Source: Schmidtea nova
Taxonomy: Eukaryota
Reading direction: 5' to 3'
Assembly (NCBI GenBank): GCA_044892505.1
Contig: CM097884.1
Location: 160,828,001-160,892,000, forward strand
Length of the DNA stretch: 64,000 nt
Both the position numbers and the translations under genes were made by a program. The notes under the pieces are model-generated. The model was not told where the DNA came from. It ran no database searches and saw nothing but the letters and a program-made list of their open reading frames with translations. Below, one piece after another: positions 8,168-18,110 of this stretch. How positions within the stretch are numbered: position 1 is the stretch's first letter; every line of letters begins with the position of its first letter.

Positions 8168-10909
8168 TTTATTTTTTTGTGTTACGCGCTTCGGTCTTTT
8201 AATAGTTTTGCGATGAATATTAATTATTTCCTCATTTGACGTAGCTGGACCTAAATCAATGTCAGTGGGAAGCAAGCGCTTAAGACTTTCTCTGTCTTTG
8301 TCTGATGTCAATAGAATGTTATCATCTATGTTAGGGGAAGGAGATATTTCTACAGATTCTTCATTAGAATCAACGACATTCTCAACAGTTTTCACACTAT
8401 CAATTGTTGTATCGACATTTTCAGCAATCGTCTCAGAATTTACATGTGGTAAAACATATTCAAGTAGTCTCGAAATGTGTACGCTCATACTAGGTGTACA
8501 AATTTTCCTACAATATTGAGGAACACGGAAACGTCTGTTGCCATTTAAGAAATATCTCTTATCTCTTATTACAAAAAACACGAGTCTCTTTGCTCTTAAA
8601 ATCTCATCATCGGTTAGTTCAGATTCAAAATCATTGATCTTACTAGATATTATATTAAGCGCCTTGATTTGATCCGACTTATTTGGAAGAGACTTATCTA
8701 CAAACTCTAAGAAAGCATTTAACTCAGAAATAGTTTTGGGAGAGATTATGTTATGGATCTTGTCAATCTCTTGAGACAAATTAACCTGCTTTAGTTTCAG
8801 AAGTCTTTCCTGACAACTAGTTTTATAATAAGAACTACTGAGATTCTCGATCATTTCTGGGCCCCATATCTCAATCGTGTCAATGTCCAATGAGTACGAG
8901 TTTTCAATATCTGTTATGGAATGCATTAAAAAGCAATTCCTAAGATAGTTTTGAACGTATATATCAAAACTCGGCTTAATAATTAATTTTAGGGAATCCC
9001 TTAATTTTAAATAATTTAGGTAAAAAATTATGTCAACCAGTTTTTGAGATGAAGTTGGTTGATCAAGAAGAGAACTAAACACATTGTCATCCTCTGACAT
9101 CTGAACAAAGTTCAGTAGCCCTAAATTAAACATGATATCGGAGGCACCATCTTCGTGCACAGCGACTGAATTTTCACTATAAATTTTAATAAATTTGCCC
9201 CCTGTAAATGAAATCTGTTCAGGGAATTTATTTTCAGATTTTAATTTTTCTATTAAATTATTTAATGCGTGAGGATTAGCATATGTGTTTTCAATAAAAC
9301 ACAATTCCTCAATTTCTGGGTGTGATTTAAATAAATTTTGTAATTGCAACCTTGACAATTCAGATGCAGTTTGAGTTGAGAAAATTTCATCTGAATCGCA
9401 AGTGCTAAGAATATCGAGCATTACAAAATCTCCGTCTAGATATTTAATCTGTGATTTTATTAAAAAGTCAGGGAGCTCTTTTCGCTGTTTTAATTCGCGA
9501 AGAATATTATTAATTTGTATTTCCCTGGACTTTAAATTACTAATAGACACAGTGCCGGCCAGTTTCGACGAAAGGGAACAAAGAAAACGCTTAATAATTG
9601 AAGAAGCCGGGACAAATTTCGTATTTGTATTGTTGGCCTTCAAAATGTTTGATCCAATCAAAAACGTCTTTGTAGAGGATTTTAAAATATTATTATTTAA
9701 AGGGACAACTTTATCAGGCACCAAATTCTGAAAAACACAGATATTATGATTTCTATAAAAGAAACCTTCAAACCCAGCGATGCTTAGTGGATTTTCCTCT
9801 TTTATAATAATTAAAAGGTCATTGTTAATTAAATCAAATTTGTTGCTTGATTCTTTTAATTTCAAAAGTTTGTGAAATTTGGGAAATAATCTAAGAAAAG
9901 AATTTTTCTCCTTTTTTGTTAATATACGCGGTAAAATATTTTCAAAAATTTCTTTTTTTAATTTAAGATGAGAATTTTTATTTTTATTATTATTTCTGAA
10001 ATTAGAATTTGATTTCATTTTCAAACTTTCCAATTTGAAATTTCGTTTATTTTGAAAGTTCTTATCAGTATTAAAATTATTTTTAGATTTAATTTCCTGA
10101 TCATTTGATTTTAAATTAGAAATGTTATTTGCAGTTGAAATTTCGAAATTTTCAAAATTTCGATTGTTTAAATTATCCAATTTAATCGCAGGTAAATTAA
10201 TATTTTCAAAAACAGGTTTAATAATTTTCTTTTTATTTTCATTATTATTATTAATAGTTATATTATAATTTTCCAGCCAATTTCCATCGATTGCATAGCT
10301 TTCAGGAGTAGATCCATCATCTAGTAGAAGGATCTTTTCAAAATTATTATTTTTATTAAAAAATAAATTTTTGTTATTTAAAGTACTTTTTACATTATTA
10401 TTATTATCTTTATAATCACTTAAATTTTGACTATTCGGCTTTTCTAGTTGAATTGTTCGTTCGTTTTTAGTCTGTGTAGAATTATTTCTGTAAATTGTCG
10501 ACTTATTTAATAAAATTTTATGACATGAATAGCAAAGATTGCCTGCACTTTTGTCATTTTTATTTACATTCAAAGAGTTGTCATACAATTCGCTATTTTT
10601 ATCTAAATTAGGAATTATTCTAAAATTTTCAATATTAGATTTACAATTAAAAGTAGATAAATTAGCATATAAATTACCACGACCAAAACCGGACACACCA
10701 TTGTCAGAATTACCATTGTGAAAATTACAATTATAATTTAAATTATCATTTAGATTTTTCGAACCAAAATTAGATATAGGTTTATTTACAAAATCTTGGT
10801 TCGAAACTTCCAAAAATTTAACAATATAATCTAACTTACAGTTATTAGAATAAATCATCCTTTCAAGCTCTGACAAATTCGCCCCAAATGGCACAAAATT
10901 ATCCTGCAT
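8165..10909 (-). CDS. ORF1 of retrotransposon, 914 aa, unknown function, Asn-rich N-terminal half
   Basis: ATG at 10909, TGA at 8165-8167; intact in all four complete copies; basic C-terminus HRKTIKRPKRVTQKNK. Confidence 0.85.
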   Translation of the reverse strand: MQDNFVPFGANLSELERMIYSNNCKLDYIVKFLEVSNQDFVNKPISNFGSKNLNDNLNYNCNFHNGNSDNGVSGFGRGNLYANLSTFNCKSNIENFRIIPNLDKNSELYDNSLNVNKNDKSAGNLCYSCHKILLNKSTIYRNNSTQTKNERTIQLEKPNSQNLSDYKDNNNNVKSTLNNKNLFFNKNNNFEKILLLDDGSTPESYAIDGNWLENYNITINNNNENKKKIIKPVFENINLPAIKLDNLNNRNFENFEISTANNISNLKSNDQEIKSKNNFNTDKNFQNKRNFKLESLKMKSNSNFRNNNKNKNSHLKLKKEIFENILPRILTKKEKNSFLRLFPKFHKLLKLKESSNKFDLINNDLLIIIKEENPLSIAGFEGFFYRNHNICVFQNLVPDKVVPLNNNILKSSTKTFLIGSNILKANNTNTKFVPASSIIKRFLCSLSSKLAGTVSISNLKSREIQINNILRELKQRKELPDFLIKSQIKYLDGDFVMLDILSTCDSDEIFSTQTASELSRLQLQNLFKSHPEIEELCFIENTYANPHALNNLIEKLKSENKFPEQISFTGGKFIKIYSENSVAVHEDGASDIMFNLGLLNFVQMSEDDNVFSSLLDQPTSSQKLVDIIFYLNYLKLRDSLKLIIKPSFDIYVQNYLRNCFLMHSITDIENSYSLDIDTIEIWGPEMIENLSSSYYKTSCQERLLKLKQVNLSQEIDKIHNIISPKTISELNAFLEFVDKSLPNKSDQIKALNIISSKINDFESELTDDEILRAKRLVFFVIRDKRYFLNGNRRFRVPQYCRKICTPSMSVHISRLLEYVLPHVNSETIAENVDTTIDSVKTVENVVDSNEESVEISPSPNIDDNILLTSDKDRESLKRLLPTDIDLGPATSNEEIINIHRKTIKRPKRVTQKNK

Positions 10910-11270
10910 TAATATTTTAAAAAATTTATTAACCTTTTCAATATCTTTCTTATAAATTTATTATAATGAGTTATTTAAACAAATTTATATTAAAGGTTTT
11001 CAAATTTCGAAATTTACTTTTCCTCGACAAAATCAAACAACGCATGGCAAATGTTTGCCATTTTCAATCAAATGACAATCTCTTTCACAAATCTCATAGA
11101 ATTTTGATTTTGTAAAATTATTAATAATTTTTTTTCAAATAATGGTAACGACCTTGGAACGTTTATATTAATCCAATTTGTTGAATTTGATTTTGAGTAG
11201 AGCAAATTAGTTTCGACAAATTTACAACGTTTACAATCTTATCATGATGATAAGATTGTAAAAAAAAATA

Positions 11271-11342
11271 TTCCCTGACCGGGAGTCGAACCCGGGCCAC
11301 CTGGGTGAGAGCCAGGAATCCTAACCGCTAGACCATCAGGGA
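11271..11342 (-). tRNA. trnE-CTC: tRNA-Glu(CTC), variant T9 terminator
   Basis: Same as 362-433. Confidence 0.96.
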
Positions 11343-11646
11343 TCGATATATGTTTCCAATCTCTAGTTAAAGGTTTTCGAATTTCGAAATTTACTTTTCC
11401 TCGACAAAATCAAACAACGCATGGCAAATGTTTGCCATTTTCAATCAAATGATAATCTCTTTCACAAATCTCATAGAATTTTGATTTTGTAAAATTATTA
11501 ATAATTTTTTTTCAAATAATGGTAACGACCTTGGAACGTTTATATTAATCCAATTTGTTGAATTTGATTTTGAGTAGAGCAAATTAGTTTCGACAAATTT
11601 ACAACGTTTACAATCTTATCATGATGATAAGAAAGTGAAAAAAATA

Positions 11647-11718
11647 TTCCCTGACCGGGAGACAAACCCGGGCCACCTGGGTGAGAGCCAGGAATCCTAA
11701 CCGCTAGACCATCAGGGA
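11647..11718 (-). pseudogene. tRNA-Glu with mutated T-loop/B-box
   Basis: GGTTCGAC changed to GGTTTGTC (11662, 11664; C56T, A58T). Confidence 0.75.
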
Positions 11719-12022
11719 TCGATATATGTTTCCAATCTCTAGTTAAAGGTTTTCGAATTTCGAAATTTACTTTTCCTCGACAAAATCAAACAACGCATGG
11801 CAAATGTTTGCCATTTTCAATCAAATGACAATCTCTTTCACAAATCTCATAGAATTTTAATTTTGTAAAATTATTAATAATTTTTTTTCAAATAATGGTA
11901 ACGACCTTGGAACGTTTATATTAATCCAATTTGTTGAATTTGATTTTGAGTAGAGCAAATTAGTTTCGACAAATTTACAACGTTTACAATCTTATCATGA
12001 TGATAAGAAAGTGAAAAAAATA

Positions 12023-12094
12023 TTCCCTGACCGGGAGTCGAACCCGGGCCACCTGGGTGAGAGCCAGGAATCCTAACCGCTAGACCATCAGGGA
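12023..12094 (-). tRNA. trnE-CTC: tRNA-Glu(CTC)
   Basis: Same as 362-433. Confidence 0.96.
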
Positions 12095-12398
12095 TCGATA
12101 TATGTTTCCAATCTCTAGTTAAAGGTTTTCGAATTTCGAAATTTACTTTTCCTCGACAAAATCAAACAACGCATGGCAAATGTTTGCCATTTTCAATCAA
12201 ATGACAATCTCTTTCACAAATCTCATAGAATTTTGATTTTGTAAAATTATTAATAATTTTTTTTCAAATAATGGTAACGACCTTGGAACGTTTATATTAA
12301 TCCAATTTGTTGAATTTGATTTTGAGTAGAGCAAATTAGTTTCGACAAATTTACAACGTTTACAATCTTATCATGATGATAAGAAAGTGAAAAAAATA

Positions 12399-12470
12399 TT
12401 CCCTGACCGGGAGTCGAACCCGGGCCACCTGGGTGAGAGCCAGGAATCCTAACCGCTAGACCATCAGGGA
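12399..12470 (-). tRNA. trnE-CTC: tRNA-Glu(CTC)
   Basis: Same as 362-433. Confidence 0.96.
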
Positions 12471-12774
12471 TCGATATATGTTTCCAATCTCTAGTTAAAG
12501 GTTTTCGAATTTCGAAATTTACTTTTCCTCGACAAAATCAAACAACGCATGGCAAATGTTTGCCATTTTCAATCAAATGACAATCTCTTTCACAATTCTC
12601 ATAGAATTTTGATTTTGTAAAATTATTAATAATTTTTTTTCAAATAATGGTAACGACCTTGGAACGTTTATATTAATCCAATTTGTTGAATTTGATTTTG
12701 AGTAGAGCAAATTAGTTTCGACAAATTTACAACGTTTACAATCTTATCATGATGATAAGAAAGTGAAAAAAATA

Positions 12775-12846
12775 TTCCCTGACCGGGAGTCGAACCCGGG
12801 CCACCTGGGTGAGAGCCAGGAATCCTAACCGCTAGACCATCAGGGA
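12775..12846 (-). tRNA. trnE-CTC: tRNA-Glu(CTC)
   Basis: Same as 362-433. Confidence 0.96.
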
Positions 12847-13150
12847 TCGATATATGTTTCCAATCTCTAGTTAAAGGTTTTCGAATTTCGAAATTTACTT
12901 TTCCTCGACAAAATCAAACAACGCATGGCAAATGTTTGCCATTTTCAATCAAATGACAATCTCTTTCACAAATCTCATAGAATTTTGATTTTGTAAAATT
13001 ATTAATAATTTTTTTTCAAATAATGGTAACGACCTTGGAACGTTTATATTAATCCAATTTGTTGAATTTGATTTTGAGTAGAGCAAATTAGTTTCGACAA
13101 ATTTACAACGTTTACAATCTTATCATGATGATAAGAAAGTGAAAAAAATA

Positions 13151-13222
13151 TTCCCTGACCGGGAGTCGAACCCGGGCCACCTGGGTGAGAGCCAGGAATC
13201 CTAACCGCTAGACCATCAGGGA
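13151..13222 (-). tRNA. trnE-CTC: tRNA-Glu(CTC)
   Basis: Same as 362-433. Confidence 0.96.
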
Positions 13223-13526
13223 TCGATATATGTTTCCAATCTCTAGTTAAAGGTTTTCGAATTTCGAAATTTACTTTTCCTCGACAAAATCAAACAACGC
13301 ATGGCAAATGTTTGCCATTTTCAATCAAATGACAATCTCTTTCACAATTCTCATAGAATTTTGATTTTGTAAAATTATTAATAATTTTTTTTCAAATAAT
13401 GGTAACGACCTTGGAACGTTTATATTAATCCAATTTGTTGAATTTGATTTTGAGTAGAGCAAATTAGTTTCGACAAATTTACAACGTTTACAATCTTATC
13501 ATGATGATAAGAAAGTGAAAAAAATA

Positions 13527-13598
13527 TTCCCTGACCGGGAGTCGAACCCGGGCCACCTGGGTGAGAGCCAGGAATCCTAACCGCTAGACCATCAGGGA
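13527..13598 (-). tRNA. trnE-CTC: tRNA-Glu(CTC)
   Basis: Same as 362-433. Confidence 0.96.
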
Positions 13599-13902
13599 TC
13601 GATATATGTTTCCAATCTCTAGTTAAAGGTTTTCGAATTTCGAAATTTACTTTTCCTCGACAAAATCAAACAACGCATGGCAAATGTTTGCCATTTTCAA
13701 TCAAATGACAATCTCTTTCACAAATCTCATAGAATTTTGATTTTGTAAAATTTTTAATAATTTTTTTTCAAATAATGGTAACGACCTTGGAACGTTTATA
13801 TTAATCCAATTTGTTGAATTTGATTTTGAGTAGAGCAAATTAGTTTCGACAAATTTACAACGTTTACAATCTTATCATGATGATAAGAAAGTGAAAAAAA
13901 TA

Positions 13903-13974
13903 TTCCCTGACCGGGAGTCGAACCCGGGCCACCTGGGTGAGAGCCAGGAATCCTAACCGCTAGACCATCAGGGA
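13903..13974 (-). tRNA. trnE-CTC: tRNA-Glu(CTC)
   Basis: Same as 362-433. Confidence 0.96.
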
Positions 13975-14278
13975 TCGATATATATTTCCAATCTCTAGTT
14001 AAAGGTTTTCGAATTTCGAAATTTACTTTTCCTCGACAAAATCAAACAACGCATGGCAAATGTTTGCCATTTTCAATCAAATGACAATCTCTTTCACAAT
14101 TCTCATAGAATTTTGATTTTGTAAAATTATTAATAATTTTTTTTCAAATAATGGTAACGACCTTGGAACGTTTATATTAATCCAATTTGTTGAATTTGAT
14201 TTTGAGTAGAGCAAATTAGTTTCGACAAATTTACAACGTTTACAATCTTATCATGATGATAAGAAAGTGAAAAAAATA

Positions 14279-14350
14279 TTCCCTGACCGGGAGTCGAACC
14301 CGGGCCACCTGGGTGAGAGCCAGGAATCCTAACCGCTAGACCATCAGGGA
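14279..14350 (-). tRNA. trnE-CTC: tRNA-Glu(CTC)
   Basis: Same as 362-433. Confidence 0.96.
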
Positions 14351-14654
14351 TCGATATATATTTCCAATCTCTAGTTAAAGGTTTTCGAATTTCGAAATTT
14401 ACTTTTCCTCGACAAAATCAAACAACGCATGGCAAATGTTTGCCATTTTCAATCAAATGACAATCTCTTTCACAATTCTCATAGAATTTTGATTTTGTAA
14501 AATTATTAATAATTTTTTTTCAAATAATGGTAACGACCTTGGAACGTTTATATTAATCCAATTTGTTGAATTTGATTTTGAGTAGAGCAAATTAGTTTCG
14601 ACAAATTTACAACGTTTACAATCTTATCATGATGATAAGAAAGTGAAAAAAATA

Positions 14655-14726
14655 TTCCCTGACCGGGAGTCGAACCCGGGCCACCTGGGTGAGAGCCAGG
14701 AATCCTAACCGCTAGACCATCAGGGA
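14655..14726 (-). tRNA. trnE-CTC: tRNA-Glu(CTC)
   Basis: Same as 362-433. Confidence 0.96.
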
Positions 14727-15030
14727 TCGATATATGTTTCCAATCTCTAGTTAAAGGTTTTCGAATTTCGAAATTTACTTTTCCTCGACAAAATCAAACA
14801 ACGCATGGCAAATGTTTGCCATTTTCAATCAAATGACAATCTCTTTCACAATTCTCATAGAATTTTGATTTTGTAAAATTATTAATAATTTTTTTTCAAA
14901 TATTGGTAACGACCTTGGAACGTTTATATTAATCCAATTTGTTGAATTTGATTTTGAGTAGAGCAAATTAGTTTCGACAAATTTACAACGTTTACAATCT
15001 TATCATGATGATAAGAAAGTGAAAAAAATA

Positions 15031-15102
15031 TTCCCTGACCGGGAGTCGAACCCGGGCCACCTGGGTGAGAGCCAGGAATCCTAACCGCTAGACCATCAGG
15101 GA
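15031..15102 (-). tRNA. trnE-CTC: tRNA-Glu(CTC)
   Basis: Same as 362-433. Confidence 0.96.
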
Positions 15103-15406
15103 TCGATATATGTTTCCAATCTCTAGTTAAAGGTTTTCGAATTTCGAAATTTACTTTTCCTCGACAAAATCAAACAACGCATGGCAAATGTTTGCCATTT
15201 TCAATCAAATGACAATCTCTTTCACAAATCTCATAGAATTTTGATTTTGTAAAATTATTAATAATTTTTTTTCAAATATTGGTAACGACCTTGGAACGTT
15301 TATATTAATCCAATTTGTTGAATTTGATTTTGAGTAGAGCAAATTAGTTTCGACAAATTTACAACGTTTACAATCTTATCATGATGATAAGAAAGTGAAA
15401 AAAATA

Positions 15407-15478
15407 TTCCCTGACCGGGAGTCGAACCCGGGCCACCTGGGTGAGAGCCAGGAATCCTAACCGCTAGACCATCAGGGA
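15407..15478 (-). tRNA. trnE-CTC: tRNA-Glu(CTC)
   Basis: Same as 362-433. Confidence 0.96.
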
Positions 15479-15782
15479 TCGATATATGTTTCCAATCTCT
15501 AGTTAAAGGTTTTCGAATTTCGAAATTTACTTTTCCTCGACAAAATCAAACAACGCATGGCAAATGTTTGCCATTTTCAATCAAATGACAATCTCTTTCA
15601 CAATTCTCATAGAATTTTGATTTTGTAAAATTATTAATAATTTTTTTTCAAATAATGGTAACGACCTTGGAACGTTTATATTAATCCAATTTGTTGAATT
15701 TGATTTTGAGTAGAGCAAATTAGTTTCGACAAATTTACAACGTTTACAATCTTATCATGATGATAAGAAAGTGAAAAAAATA

Positions 15783-15854
15783 TTCCCTGACCGGGAGTCG
15801 AACCCGGGCCACCTGGGTGAGAGCCAGGAATCCTAACCGCTAGACCATCAGGGA
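15783..15854 (-). tRNA. trnE-CTC: tRNA-Glu(CTC)
   Basis: Same as 362-433. Confidence 0.96.
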
Positions 15855-16158
15855 TCGATATATGTTTCCAATCTCTAGTTAAAGGTTTTCGAATTTCGAA
15901 ATTTACTTTTCCTCGACAAAATCAAACAACGCATGGCAAATGTTTGCCATTTTCAATCAAATGACAATCTCTTTCACAAATCTCATAGAATTTTGATTTT
16001 GTAAAATTATTAATAATTTTTTTTCAAATAATGGTAACGACCTTGGAACGTTTATATTAATCCAATTTGTTGAATTTGATTTTGAGTAGAGCAAATTAGT
16101 TTCGACAAATTTACAACGTTTACAATCTTATCATGATGATAAGAAAGTGAAAAAAATA

Positions 16159-16230
16159 TTCCCTGACCGGGAGTCGAACCCGGGCCACCTGGGTGAGAGC
16201 CAGGAATCCTAACCGCTAGACCATCAGGGA
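16159..16230 (-). tRNA. trnE-CTC: tRNA-Glu(CTC)
   Basis: Same as 362-433. Confidence 0.96.
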
Positions 16231-16534
16231 TCGATATATGTTTCCAATCTCTAGTTAAAGGTTTTCGAATTTCGAAATTTACTTTTCCTCGACAAAATCA
16301 AACAACGCATGGCAAATGTTTGCCATTTTCAATCAAATGACAATCTATTTCACAAATCTCATAGAATTTTGATTTTGTAAAATTATTAATAATTTTTTTT
16401 CAAATAATGGTAACGACCTTGGAACGTTTATATTAATCCAATTTGTTGAATTTGATTTTGAGTAGAGCAAATTAGTTTCGACAAATTTACAACGTTTACA
16501 ATCTTATCATGATGATAAGAAAGTGAAAAAAATA

Positions 16535-16606
16535 TTCCCTGACCGGGAGTCGAACCCGGGCCACCTGGGTGAGAGCCAGGAATCCTAACCGCTAGACCAT
16601 CAGGGA
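16535..16606 (-). tRNA. trnE-CTC: tRNA-Glu(CTC)
   Basis: Same as 362-433. Confidence 0.96.
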
Positions 16607-16910
16607 TCGATATATGTTTCCAATCTCTAGTTAAAGGTTTTCGAATTTCGAAATTTACTTTTCCTCGACAAAATCAAACAACGCATGGCAAATGTTTGCC
16701 ATTTTCAATCAAATGACAATCTCTTTCACAAATCTCATAGAATTTTGATTTTGTAAAATTATTAATAATTTTTTTTCAAATAATGGTAACGACCTTGGAA
16801 CGTTTATATTAATCCAATTTGTTGAATTTGATTTTGAGTAGAGCAAATTAGTTTCGACAAATTTACAACGTTTACAATCTTATCATGATGATAAGAAAGT
16901 GAAAAAAATA

Positions 16911-16982
16911 TTCCCTGACCGGGAGTCGAACCCGGGCCACCTGGGTGAGAGCCAGGAATCCTAACCGCTAGACCATCAGGGA
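16911..16982 (-). tRNA. trnE-CTC: tRNA-Glu(CTC)
   Basis: Same as 362-433. Confidence 0.96.
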
Positions 16983-17286
16983 TCGATATATGTTTCCAAT
17001 CTCTAGTTAAAGGTTTTCGAATTTCGAAATTTACTTTTCCTCGACAAAATCAAACAACGCATGGCAAATGTTTGCCATTTTCAATCAAATGACAATCTCT
17101 TTCACAATTCTCATAGAATTTTGATTTTGTAAAATTATTAATAATTTTTTTTCAAATATTGGTAACGACCTTGGAACGTTTATATTAATCCAATTTGTTG
17201 AATTTGATTTTGAGTAGAGCAAATTAGTTTCGACAAATTTACAACGTTTACAATCTTATCATGATGATAAGAAAGTGAAAAAAATA

Positions 17287-17358
17287 TTCCCTGACCGGGA
17301 GTCGAACCCGGGCCACCTGGGTGAGAGCCAGGAATCCTAACCGCTAGACCATCAGGGA
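17287..17358 (-). tRNA. trnE-CTC: tRNA-Glu(CTC)
   Basis: Same as 362-433. Confidence 0.96.
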
Positions 17359-17662
17359 TCGATATATGTTTCCAATCTCTAGTTAAAGGTTTTCGAATTT
17401 CGAAATTTACTTTTCCTCGACAAAATCAAACAACGCATGGCAAATGTTTGCCATTTTCAATCAAATGACAATCTCTTTCACAAATCTCATAGAATTTTGA
17501 TTTTGTAAAATTATTAATAATTTTTTTTCAAATAATGGTAACGACCTTGGAACGTTTATATTAATCCAATTTGTTGAATTTGATTTTGAGTAGAGCAAAT
17601 TAGTTTCGACAAATTTACAACGTTTACAATCTTATCATGATGATAAGAAAGTGAAAAAAATA

Positions 17663-17734
17663 TTCCCTGACCGGGAGTCGAACCCGGGCCACCTGGGTGA
17701 GAGCCAGGAATCCTAACCGCTAGACCATCAGGGA
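17663..17734 (-). tRNA. trnE-CTC: tRNA-Glu(CTC)
   Basis: Same as 362-433. Confidence 0.96.
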
Positions 17735-18038
17735 TCGATATATGTTTCCAATCTCTAGTTAAAGGTTTTCGAATTTCGAAATTTACTTTTCCTCGACAAA
17801 ATCAAACAACGCATGGCAAATGTTTGCCATTTTCAATCAAATGACAATCTCTTTCACAAATCTCATAGAATTTTGATTTTGTAAAATTATTAATAATTTT
17901 TTTTCAAATAATGGTAACGACCTTGGAACGTTTATATTAATCCAATTTGTTGAATTTGATTTTGAGTAGAGCAAATTAGTTTCGACAAATTTACAACGTT
18001 TACAATCTTATCATGATGATAAGAAAGTGAAAAAAATA

Positions 18039-18110
18039 TTCCCTGACCGGGAGTCGAACCCGGGCCACCTGGGTGAGAGCCAGGAATCCTAACCGCTAGA
18101 CCATCAGGGA
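18039..18110 (-). tRNA. trnE-CTC: tRNA-Glu(CTC)
   Basis: Same as 362-433. Confidence 0.96.

Larger units (their letters stand above)
3047..10989 (-). mobile_element. tRNA-Glu-targeting RLE non-LTR retrotransposon (NeSL/R5-like), copy 1, 7943 bp
   Basis: Bounded by tRNA nt 20 and spacer ttaaagg at 10990; ORF1 + ORF2 (Ulp1-like, RT, CCHC, RLE); 80-bp 5' UTR, 531-bp 3' UTR; no LTR, TSD or poly(A). Confidence 0.95.

Noticed and set aside
8112-8168. AUGA start-stop overlap at the ORF1 end (SART1-like coupling)
   Set aside because: That AUG is in a different frame and gives only an 18-codon peptide (MKVCACISPNICPNLKRD), not ORF2
3578-10909. Variant genetic code with UGA as sense
   Set aside because: Only one internal UGA in about 2440 codons, Trp/Cys use TGG/TGT, and ORF2 itself ends at TGA; selenocysteine not supported without an identified SECIS
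10910-10989. HDV-like ribozyme at the 5' end, as in many R2 elements
   Set aside because: The 80-nt UTR is almost all A/T and lacks the GC pairings needed
3047-10989. LTR retrotransposon or DNA transposon
   Set aside because: No LTRs, TIRs, integrase, RNase H or transposase motifs; RT followed by CCHC and PD-(D/E)xK marks a non-LTR RLE element
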